Assembly (NCBI GenBank): GCA_943354645.1
Contig: CALRCO010000002.1
Coordinates: forward strand, 1-36,008
DNA length: 36,008 bases
Direction: 5' to 3'
Source: Candidatus Nomurabacteria bacterium
Lineage (GTDB): Bacteria > Patescibacteriota > Minisyncoccia > Phycocordibacterales > UBA9973
Below the pieces are notes generated by a model that was not told where the DNA came from, did no database searches, and saw only the letters and a program-made list of their open reading frames with translations. Below, one piece after another: positions 19,632 through 28,800 of the stretch (its first letter is position 1; each line of letters starts with the position of its first letter). The position numbers and the translations under genes are program-made.

Positions 19632-19877
19632 TTAACGGCGGCGCTTTGGATCGATAGTGACCTTGCCGAGTTTCTGGAGGCGAGTAAATTCTTTTGCACG
19701 TACCAATTTCTTAAGTGCAGATTTCTTGCCAGAGAGCTTTGATTTATCGCGTTCGTTGTAGCGATTTTTCTTAACCTTTTGCAAAAGACCTGTTTCTTGG
19801 ACACGGCGAGTAAAACGGCGGAGGACACTCGCGCTGTTTTCTGTTGCTCCTTTTTTGATTTCTATTACGATAGCCAT
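19632..19877 (-). CDS. rpsU: 30S ribosomal protein bS21
   Basis: 81-aa basic ORF. ENSASVLRRFTRRVQETGLLQKVKKNRYNERDKSKL fits bS21 (RRF.R......G.....+....Y.+). Confidence 0.85.
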   Translation of the reverse strand: MAIVIEIKKGATENSASVLRRFTRRVQETGLLQKVKKNRYNERDKSKLSGKKSALKKLVRAKEFTRLQKLGKVTIDPKRRR

Positions 19878-19884
19878 GGGTCAG

Positions 19885-19913
19885 ATAGTAGCATGGAAAC
19901 AGAGGATTTGCAA
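19885..19913 (-). promoter_or_regulatory. rpsU promoter (TTGCAA-17-TACTAT), leaderless geometry
   Basis: On the reverse strand, TTGCAA is at 19908-19913 and TACTAT at 19885-19890. Only 7 nt separate the -10 from the ATG. Confidence 0.65.
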
Positions 19914-19993
19914 CCCGGTAGTAGATTTCGGTAAAGCACTTCGTGCGCTCCGACATTAGTCGGAGCATTGCCAAAATTCACTACCGGGTAAAG

Positions 19994-20028
19994 AAAAAGC
20001 CCTGCCAGATGAAATCTGGCAGGGCTTG
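19994..20028 (-). terminator. intrinsic terminator after the 20036..20857 gene
   Basis: The reverse strand reads AAGCCCTGCCAGATTTCATCTGGCAGGGCTTTTTCTTT. Confidence 0.8.
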
Positions 20029-20035
20029 CTGGTCG

Positions 20036-20857
20036 TTAATCTCCATAACATCTGTTACCATCAAAAAGTAGATAGAGCGATTCTCCTAACAGGTATTGCT
20101 TCGATGATTGAAATTCTCTGCCAAAAAGCGAGCGTATCCAATCGTCATCAAATTCAAGAAGCATGTGACGGATAAGTTTCGCGCATGCATCCTCTGTTGT
20201 TTTGGGTATCTTCTTTTCGATTTTGAAGAAGTCCTTATCCAAGCAAAGATGTTCGAATTTTATACCCTTTGCATGGACAAAGAATTCGTTGAAATATGCC
20301 CATAAAATAATGATAATATCCTCCACTACTTTATGGCCATGTTTTTGAAGAAACACTGTTATCATAGTTCCAAAACATATTGATTGCTGGTCATCAAGCA
20401 TTTTACCGGTGCGCTCCCCACCGCCTACTACGATTGCTTGCTTAATCAGTAGTTCAACATCAAAAACAAGAAGTGATTGTTTTTGATGTAATCTATACGC
20501 ATCCAATCTTTCTGGTGTTTGTAAACTTTTTTTGAATTCGTTTCGTTTTAAAAAAGATGTCTCGCTTAATGTGCATTCCACTACTTTAGAATCGAATCCT
20601 GCGTGTATTTCTAAGTGGTTAATTAATGAAGTCCCGTGTCGGTCACGGGCTTTTTTAATTAATTTAAGAAAGCATGTTTGTGCAAATTTTGCTTTTTCTT
20701 GTGCGGTCTTATTTCTTTCGACATGCACACACAAAAGTGATGCGCGCACCATACTTTCTAAAATTGCGATCTGTTGCTTTTCCGGAAGAATTACTTCTTT
20801 CAGTTTGTCAGGGAAATTGACCCTTGGGTTGTAGAGGTTGGTTTTTAGATTATTCAT
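20036..20857 (-). CDS. hypothetical protein (273 aa)
   Basis: A long ORF with its own promoter and terminator. No family recognised by eye. Confidence 0.75.
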   Translation of the reverse strand: MNNLKTNLYNPRVNFPDKLKEVILPEKQQIAILESMVRASLLCVHVERNKTAQEKAKFAQTCFLKLIKKARDRHGTSLINHLEIHAGFDSKVVECTLSETSFLKRNEFKKSLQTPERLDAYRLHQKQSLLVFDVELLIKQAIVVGGGERTGKMLDDQQSICFGTMITVFLQKHGHKVVEDIIIILWAYFNEFFVHAKGIKFEHLCLDKDFFKIEKKIPKTTEDACAKLIRHMLLEFDDDWIRSLFGREFQSSKQYLLGESLYLLFDGNRCYGD

Positions 20858-20872
20858 TTGTAATTTTTGCTC

Positions 20873-20900
20873 ACTATACGCTCTATCCTCACTTTGTCAA
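20873..20900 (-). promoter_or_regulatory. sigma70 promoter (TTGACA-16-TATAGT) overlapping the priA stop
   Basis: On the reverse strand, TTGACA is at 20895-20900 and TATAGT at 20873-20878. The leader to the ATG at 20857 is about 9 nt. Confidence 0.7.
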
Positions 20901-20901
20901 T

Positions 20902-22818
20902 TTACAACAGCGATGTCGGATGGACGGTAATATCAAAGGATTGTGGGAGGGAAGCGAGTTTTTCAGCAAGGACAGTGTCGGCGACGACCGATTTGAAACT
21001 GCCAGTTACACAAAAACTTTTGCGAGGGACTTTTAGGAGCATGCTCATTTCATGGCGACCATTGGGACGACGAATCGGATTATAGATAAAGGCAGGATTG
21101 TAACTGGCATAATGCTCAGCAAGCTCTGTCTCGGTTGCTTGTAAGTTTTCTTTTAATCCTGCAATGGTTACTTTGATGAGCTCGGTGTATGGCGGATAAC
21201 CAAGTATTTTTCGGAGGGAGAGTTCTTCTTTTATTGTTTCAAACAACGTGCCTTGTTTTATTGCTCGCACCAGACTATCCGTCGTTTTGCGAGTTTGGAT
21301 GATGAGATTTTCTTCCGTGAGTTCATCAAGACTGTTATAGAGTGCAATTACTTTGTCGGTGATACTGTGACTTGGGATGAGTAAAAGTGTATCGAGCGAA
21401 CTGATGACTACGGTCGGAACCGCATCGAGCAAATAATAGAGCGCCATTTCTGTGCCGACAAGTACACCTCCTTTCGTAGCATAAAATGCGTCCACGATTT
21501 GTTTTGCTTCTTTATGTGTTTTTGCATGTTCTTTATCGAGTAAGAAAATATTTTTTGGATCAACAAATGCTTTTACTTCAGCAACGACTTTTTGGGTACC
21601 ACTCCCGACAGGATAGAGATTCCAACTCGCGCAATTTTCACACACGACATTTGCCGTTTTTGTGGTGCCACAATGCGTGCACATAAACAGTCGCTGCATG
21701 AGGCCATTCGCATTTTCTTTTTCAAACAAGGAGAGCGCTTTTTTGCAGGTAGCACAATGCACGATGCGGCCACAGTCACGACAAATGGTAACGCCTGCAA
21801 CACCTTTTCTGCTTGCCATGATGAATACTTGTTCACCACGAAGCACGGTACGGGTGATGCTATTTTTCGTTTCCTCCATCAGTGCGTCATCGCCTTTGGA
21901 TTCAATCCAGACTTCTTTGTACTGTTTTGTAATGCGAAACGTGATAGGCGCTGCTTCAGTAAGCTCTCGTTCAAGGACACGATTGTAGGTTTCAATACGG
22001 AGTGTGGTGTCTGCCAAAATAAATCGTGCATGACGTTCTTCTGCGACAAGCTCGACCATGACGCGAATATCTGCGTGTGGCCGGCCGATGGTAATATAAA
22101 TGTCACGATTTTCTTTTTCGACGATATAGGTGGCGATATCAGCTCTGTCGAAAGAAATAAATGAACCCGTTGCAATAAATAAAATAGGGTGCTCGTGGTC
22201 GCGAGCCTCTTGCAATCGCTTTGCTATTTTTGTGTCAGATTCTTCGCCAGAAAATGCGAAGACATGTTGCTCAACTCCTTTACCAAGTACCTGCAAGAAA
22301 AATTGTACGTCGCGATGGCTTGGACAGCAAAGGAAGACAGATTCTTTTTTTGCAAATGAGGTGCGGACGATTGTTTTGTAATACGACATGCGCTCTAGAA
22401 GTGATGCTTGATAGGCTATTTTTTCGGAAATCAAAGTGGTACTTTCGGGTAGCGCAGCTGTAGGCTGCGCTGCTGCTTTTGTATAGGCAAGTAATAATGC
22501 ATTTGGGACAAAAATATCGATAAGGGTGCCTGTGGTTGTGACAAAATAAGTCTTTGCGCGGGCACACGCGCGCATAAATGCGAGAGGGAAGCCGGAAGGT
22601 CCTTGCACAGAGATTATTTTTTTGAGATTGAAGGCAGCGTTTTTTACCTCTGTTTTGACATCACTCGCTTTTTCTATGTCGACAACAAGTGCTTTTATTT
22701 GCTGTTTACGGACCGGAACGGTGACAATATCACCAAGAGCCACTTCTTTTTGGGTGAAGTAGGTGAGCTGCTCCTTTTGCACTTTTTTGGAGAGGGGAAG
22801 GACAGTGATGACGTGCAT
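20902..22818 (-). CDS. priA: primosomal protein N' (PriA) homologue lacking canonical Walker A/B motifs
   Basis: 638-aa ORF with PriA architecture. It has the N-terminal GDIVTVPVRKQQIKALVV and the Cys-rich region CRDCGRIVHCATCKKAL...CTHCG...CENCAS. LGYPPY lies in the C-terminal domain. There is no GxGKT and no DExH at the expected positions. Confidence 0.85.
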   Translation of the reverse strand: MHVITVLPLSKKVQKEQLTYFTQKEVALGDIVTVPVRKQQIKALVVDIEKASDVKTEVKNAAFNLKKIISVQGPSGFPLAFMRACARAKTYFVTTTGTLIDIFVPNALLLAYTKAAAQPTAALPESTTLISEKIAYQASLLERMSYYKTIVRTSFAKKESVFLCCPSHRDVQFFLQVLGKGVEQHVFAFSGEESDTKIAKRLQEARDHEHPILFIATGSFISFDRADIATYIVEKENRDIYITIGRPHADIRVMVELVAEERHARFILADTTLRIETYNRVLERELTEAAPITFRITKQYKEVWIESKGDDALMEETKNSITRTVLRGEQVFIMASRKGVAGVTICRDCGRIVHCATCKKALSLFEKENANGLMQRLFMCTHCGTTKTANVVCENCASWNLYPVGSGTQKVVAEVKAFVDPKNIFLLDKEHAKTHKEAKQIVDAFYATKGGVLVGTEMALYYLLDAVPTVVISSLDTLLLIPSHSITDKVIALYNSLDELTEENLIIQTRKTTDSLVRAIKQGTLFETIKEELSLRKILGYPPYTELIKVTIAGLKENLQATETELAEHYASYNPAFIYNPIRRPNGRHEMSMLLKVPRKSFCVTGSFKSVVADTVLAEKLASLPQSFDITVHPTSLL

Positions 22819-22979
22819 AATTTCAGACTAGCACGCTTGAGCGGTTTTATAAAAAATACTCAAATTACAACACCGTAATGTATAGTTGTGGATATGCACC
22901 GTTGTTCTATATATATGCGTGATACAATTTAGATACTATTAGCAGCTAAGTAATTCTGCGTACGCGCATATATAAATTT

Positions 22980-24944
22980 ATGATGGATAAACCAGCGAAA
23001 GATTTTTTTAACAGTGCGACGGTTATTGCACTTGTTATGGTTGTCGGTGCCTTTGTCCTTTTTAATGCAGGAAATTCTGGAAACGGAGCTCAAGTTTTAA
23101 ATCAAGATACAACACCACCAACAGTAGCAATTATTGCCCCTGCGCCTGGTCCTATCTCAGGTACGGTTACTATAACGGTCGCTGCAACTGATGCAAGTGG
23201 CATTGCTCGCGTAGAAATCCGTCGCGGGTTTAATGCATTTACTGCAAATGCTGTTTGCGGAAATTGTGCAAAAAATGCAAACGGACAATACACGTATGCA
23301 TTTAATACAGACACATATGGTAATGGCACGTATACGTTCCAAGCTATTGCATACGATACTGCTAACAATACAGCCACATCTCTTCCTGTTGCGTACACAA
23401 AAGGAGCGACAGGGACTACAACAGGTGGTGGTACAACTACTGGTGGAGGTACAACTGTTTCAAGTAGTGGTGTTTCAAATTTGCGCGTGACCTCTGCACA
23501 ACCAACTTCTCTCGCACTTGCGTGGGCAAATGGATTGGGTGGCGAAGGTACTGCTGGATATAATCCGTACGGTTACACGCTTTATGTAAACGGTGTATTG
23601 AAAGCTACTAACAACACGACAAATTATATGATTAGTGGTCTTACCGCAAATACAACATATACGATTGCTGTAAAATCAAAAGATTCTACTGGTGCTGAAT
23701 CAGTGGCGGCAACAATTTCTGCAAAGACAAGCGCTGGTGACACACAAGGTCCAAGTCCTGTGTATAATTTCCTAGTTACTTCAAAAACAATGACAAGTAT
23801 TACCGTGTCATGGTCTCCATCAACAGACAACGTAGGTGTTGCAAATTATCGTCTGTACAAAAATGGTGCGCTCGCTGGCACAGCAACAAGTACAAGTTAT
23901 ACGTATACTGGTTTGACCGCAGGCACCACCTATACACTTTCTGCTCGAGCATTTGATACAGCAGGAAATTTCTCTGATGCAAGTGCAACAATTTCAGCAA
24001 CAACAAGCACCACAACAAATACTGGTCCTGATACACAAGCACCAAGTGCTCCTGGCGCCGTTAAACTTAATGGTGCAATGGGAGGCACCGCGGATATTAG
24101 TTGGGGAGCATCGAGTGATGATCGTGGTGTCGCTGGATACAAAATATATATAAATGGTGGTGGTGGTATTTATGACAATCGAAATTTGATTATTGATGCA
24201 CAAGGGCAAGGCACCAACGCTGGTGTTCCTGGTTGTAGTATTGGTAGTTATAACTATTATTTCACTGTTCGAGCATATGATGCAGCAGGAAATCTTTCTG
24301 CGCCAAGTAATACCCTTCGCGCTGGTCCTTCAGGAACACTTTCACTCGGTACAGATACAACAAATCCAACGCAAAGTGGTTCGATGGCGCTCTCACTTTC
24401 TACAGTAAACGCACTTACTCTCAACTGGAATGATGCAGCAGATAATATTATGGTTGCAGGATACGATGTGTATATGAATGGCGTATGGAAGACAAGTTCT
24501 AAAACATCTGATATCGCAATCGGTGAACTTAGTGCAAATACAACATATAAAATTTCAGTACGCGCACGTGATACTGCTGGTAATCTTTCATCTGCAATTA
24601 CTGGCACATTCACCACCATGGCAGGGGGCACCGGAGTTGATACAACAGCACCAACAGTAAGTATCGTGTCTCCTCTAAGTGGAACAGCTACGTCGACACC
24701 TGTTACTATAAAAGTATCTGCAACAGATGCTGGTGGTGTGGATCACGTTGAACTCTATCGTGGTTTTAACAACAATTACTTCTATTCAGTATGTCAAAAT
24801 TGCACCAAGGGAAGTGATGGCACCTATCAATATACATGGGACCCATCAGGATATGGTGCGGGTAAGTTTAACTTCTACGCAAAAGCATATGATAAGAATA
24901 ATAATGTAACGACATCATCAACCATCTCGGTTATTAGACAATAG
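22980..24944 (+). CDS. membrane-anchored surface protein: Ig-like, 4 FN3-like and Ig-like modules
   Basis: 654-aa ORF with TM anchor ATVIALVMVVGAFVLF. Terminal Ig-like modules (TTPPTVAIIAPAPG..., TTAPTVSIVSPLSG...) flank FN3 modules (VSWSPSTDNVGVANYRLYKNG...). A -10-like TATATA ends 5 nt before the ATG, so the mRNA is probably leaderless. Confidence 0.85.
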   Translation: MMDKPAKDFFNSATVIALVMVVGAFVLFNAGNSGNGAQVLNQDTTPPTVAIIAPAPGPISGTVTITVAATDASGIARVEIRRGFNAFTANAVCGNCAKNANGQYTYAFNTDTYGNGTYTFQAIAYDTANNTATSLPVAYTKGATGTTTGGGTTTGGGTTVSSSGVSNLRVTSAQPTSLALAWANGLGGEGTAGYNPYGYTLYVNGVLKATNNTTNYMISGLTANTTYTIAVKSKDSTGAESVAATISAKTSAGDTQGPSPVYNFLVTSKTMTSITVSWSPSTDNVGVANYRLYKNGALAGTATSTSYTYTGLTAGTTYTLSARAFDTAGNFSDASATISATTSTTTNTGPDTQAPSAPGAVKLNGAMGGTADISWGASSDDRGVAGYKIYINGGGGIYDNRNLIIDAQGQGTNAGVPGCSIGSYNYYFTVRAYDAAGNLSAPSNTLRAGPSGTLSLGTDTTNPTQSGSMALSLSTVNALTLNWNDAADNIMVAGYDVYMNGVWKTSSKTSDIAIGELSANTTYKISVRARDTAGNLSSAITGTFTTMAGGTGVDTTAPTVSIVSPLSGTATSTPVTIKVSATDAGGVDHVELYRGFNNNYFYSVCQNCTKGSDGTYQYTWDPSGYGAGKFNFYAKAYDKNNNVTTSSTISVIRQ

Positions 24945-24950
24945 TAAATA

Positions 24951-24989
24951 AAAAAAACACGCTGGCCACATGGCCAGCGTGTTTTTTTT
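24951..24989. terminator. bidirectional intrinsic terminator
   Basis: AAAAAAACACGCTGGCC-ACA-TGGCCAGCGTGTTTTTTTT. Confidence 0.85.
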
Positions 24990-25000
24990 ATTGCATTGTC

Positions 25001-25753
25001 TTATTTTGTAAGATATGAGATGGAAGATTCTATTTGATCGATTATTGATTTTAATGTTGTCGCACCATAGATATAGATAATATGTTTTTCAGGAGTCATA
25101 AAAAGAAATCCAACAGTATCATTGTCTTGCGATATTTCTAACATGTCGATACCTTGGGGATTTTTTGTAATTATTTGCGTGAGTAGATTTCCTTGTACGG
25201 TTGGCGTCATTTTTGGAGCACCAACAAGCTCTTCAAAATTGAGGATGTCGTTATTTTTGAGATAGCTGTTGACGAAGAGGGTACCTTCTGGAATTTGAAT
25301 TTTTGATGCACGCAATCGGTCATCATCGTCGACGTCAATCACATTGTCTGCGGTAATCATTGCCTTTTCTATCTTGAAGGTAATCCCCGCAAGAGGATTC
25401 GCATATACACCAGAGGAGCGTAGTGTTGATGTGGGAATTTTGTCGCCATTAAAATCAAAGCCGTTTTGGTAGAGACATTGACGGTAGTAACTGTAGTACC
25501 AGAATCCTTTTAGACCGTTGATTGATTTTTTATCAAATGGCGGAGGATTTAAAAATTTTTTAGCGACAAGAATATCTGTCTCTTTTCCGCATTCAAATCG
25601 GGTAGAAATAGGCGCACCCCAACCTCCAACAACATAGAGTGCAATACTACTACCTCTATTTGTCTTCATAAAAAATACATAAAGAGAAGTCAGTATAAGA
25701 ATACTGATTCCGCTGACAATAAGAATTTTCTTTTTCTTTTTAGATAATTGCAT
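25001..25753 (-). CDS. membrane-anchored hypothetical protein
   Basis: The start is taken at MQLSKKKKKILIVSGISILILTSLYVFF (25753), a basic N-terminus plus TM helix. The ORF track extends to 25807. No family recognised. Confidence 0.7.
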   Translation of the reverse strand: MQLSKKKKKILIVSGISILILTSLYVFFMKTNRGSSIALYVVGGWGAPISTRFECGKETDILVAKKFLNPPPFDKKSINGLKGFWYYSYYRQCLYQNGFDFNGDKIPTSTLRSSGVYANPLAGITFKIEKAMITADNVIDVDDDDRLRASKIQIPEGTLFVNSYLKNNDILNFEELVGAPKMTPTVQGNLLTQIITKNPQGIDMLEISQDNDTVGFLFMTPEKHIIYIYGATTLKSIIDQIESSISYLTK

Positions 25754-25837
25754 AGGTAATGTGCAGTATAGCAAAATACACAGGTTTGTATTCCACAGGG
25801 ATTGCAACAGATTCTTTGTGATATCATATAAGTATAT

Positions 25838-28800
25838 ATGATGCCTGAAGGAGGATTACAATTTATGCCGTCTGCTTCTCCTGGAATACAACGGTTCGCG
25901 CCTGTTTTTATACGTCTCGCAATGGGTGCGGTTTTTTTGTGGTTTGCAATGGCGCAATTACAAAATCCATCCGGATGGGTTTCGTATTTACCTGAATTTT
26001 TACAAAAGCTTACTTTTATAAGTCCTGTTACTATTATTTTATTAAATGGTGTATTTGAATTACTTGCTGGTACTTTTTTGATAATCGGTATGTACATTCG
26101 AGTGTCCGCTATTTTGCTCGGGGTTCATTTATTTGGTATTGCTTTTGCGATGGGTATGACGGCAATCGGCGTGCGAGATTTTGGATTATCTTTTGTCACC
26201 ATCGCGGTAGGTATTGCGGGGAACGACTTCTTTTCTTTAGATGGTTTTTTGGAACGAAAAGGATGGCTCATGACAAGCACGTGGGCGAATTATTTTTATA
26301 GATTATTACAGTTAGCGATTGCCGTTGGTGTTTCTTTTTATGCATTTTATATATTTGAAACAGCATCTATTGCTCCGGGAATAATTAATGAAGGATCAAC
26401 CCAGATACTTGGCGGGTCTTCGGGGACATCATCGGATATGCCGATTACTCTTTCTCTTGATACCGTAAGTAAACACATAACAAAAAATGATTGTTGGATT
26501 GTGGTGGATAATAAAATCTATACTGTTGGTGCCTATGCACCGTTTCATCCAGGAGGTGAAGATCGAATTAGTTCGATGTGCGGTAAAGACGCAACGGTTG
26601 CATTTAAGACAAAGGGTGGTATAGGAAATGATCACTCAAGTGGCGCACGAACGACTCTTGAAAAATATTATGTTGGCACTATCGGGCAAACAATTGGAGG
26701 AAATAAACCTGTGCCCGCAACACCAACAACACCAACAATAAGTGCTGGTGGTACGACAACAACCCCAGCTATAAAACCAGTAATTCCTTCTAAGTCAGTA
26801 GTGGTTACTCCTCCAAAACCAACATCAACACCAGTTCCTGCTACGGGGTTAACGGCAAGTGTTGTTGCTACTCACAAAACACAGAGTAATTGTTGGATTA
26901 TCGTGAGCGGAAAAGTCTACAACGTTACTGCATATATTAATTTCCACCCAGGTGGTGCGAATGTAATCATTGGTCAGTGTGGCAAAGATGCAACGGTTGC
27001 ATTTAATACGAAAGGAGGTGGCGGAACACATTCGACGAGTGCAAAAAATTTACTTGCTGGGTATTTAGTAGGGACACTCGGATCTACTGTTGTTCCTCCG
27101 ACAACACCTCCAGTTGTTGATACAACTGCACCTACGGTTACTATTTCAACGCCAGTAAACAATGCCACGGTTACCAATACAATTACCATTTCAGCAACGG
27201 CGACAGATACAAAAGGGGTTGCGGGGGTAGTATTCACTATTGATGGAGACAACATTGGAAGCGATATGATGTCGCCGTATTCAGTTACGCTTAATACAAA
27301 AAGTTATACTAATGGCAATCACACGATAAAAGCAGAAGCATCTGATATAAGTGGCAATAAAGCATCGAAATCTATTACGATAAAAATAAATAATGCCGTT
27401 GTTGCGACAGGCATCACTGCGGCAACTGTTGCTACACACAAGACATCGAGTAATTGTTGGATTATCGTGAGTGGCAAAGTATATGATGTGACCTCGTATA
27501 TCTCTATTCACCCTGGTGGTACAAGTACAATCATCAATCAGTGTGGTAAAGATGCAACGAATGCATTTAATACAAAAGGTGGCACTGGAGGATCTCATTC
27601 ATCATCAGCAAAAAGTACACTCACCGGTTTCTATCTTGGAGATTTAAGTGGTGCAACGGTTACTGATACCACAAATCCAACGCTTACAATTAGTGCACCA
27701 ACAAATGGTGCAACCGTTGCTGCTGCGGTTACTTTTTCAGCAACAGCGTCTGATGCAAGTGGTGTTGCGAATGTGGTATTTAGTATGGATGGGGCGACAC
27801 TCGCTACTGATACATCGTCACCGTACAGTACTTCAATCAATACACTCTTAGAGACAAATGGAAGTCACACGCTTACTGCAAAAGCAACTGACACAAATGG
27901 AAATACGACGACAAAATCAGTGACCGTAACGATAAGTAATACTGGTCCTCAAGATACAACACCTCCGGTCGTTTCTATTACTGCGCCAGCAAGTGGTGCT
28001 ACTATTTCCGATACGGCAAGTATTTCTGCGACCGCGACCGATGTAGGAGGCATGACGAGTGTTACGTTTAAAATAGACGGCGCAACGATCGCAACAGATA
28101 CAGTATCTCCGTATACAACTTCATTTAATACGGTAAGTTATACAAATGGAAGTCACACTTTGACGGCCGTAGCAACAGATACAAGTGGTAACACAGCAAC
28201 AGCAACAAGAACAGTTACCATTTCAAACACAGGGGGAACATATACGACAGCACAAGTTGCTACTCATGCATCAGTAAGTAATTGTTGGTTTATCATTAGC
28301 GGGAAAGTATACGATGTCACTTCCTATATTTCAGTACACCCAGGTGGTACAAGTACAATCATCAACCAATGTGGCACAGATGCAACAACTGCATTCAATA
28401 CAAAAGGTGGTGGTGGAACACACTCAACAAGTGCGAAGAGTATATTGAATACATTTTATATTGGTGATCTAGCAGGTGCACCTCCTTCTGATACAACAGC
28501 ACCAAGTGCTCCTACAGTTACGGCAACAGGAACAACGCAAACAATAACAAATCTTTCTTGGACTGCATCTACGGATAACGTTGGGGTAACCGGGTACAAT
28601 ATATATCAAGATGGAGGCCTTTGGGATATTGCAACAGGGACATCAATGCAAATAACAGGATTAACTCCATCTACCACATATATATTCACCGTAAAAGCAA
28701 AAGATGCTGCGGGTAATATGTCTGCACCTTCGAATGCCCTTTCGGTCACCACCACTGCTCCTCCAAGCGATACAACGCCACCAACTGTTTCCTTTACCAC

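Noticed and set aside
21592-22164. 190-aa and 108-aa plus-strand ORFs inside priA
   Set aside because: They are antisense to a recognisable PriA coding sequence and have no promoter or family signal.
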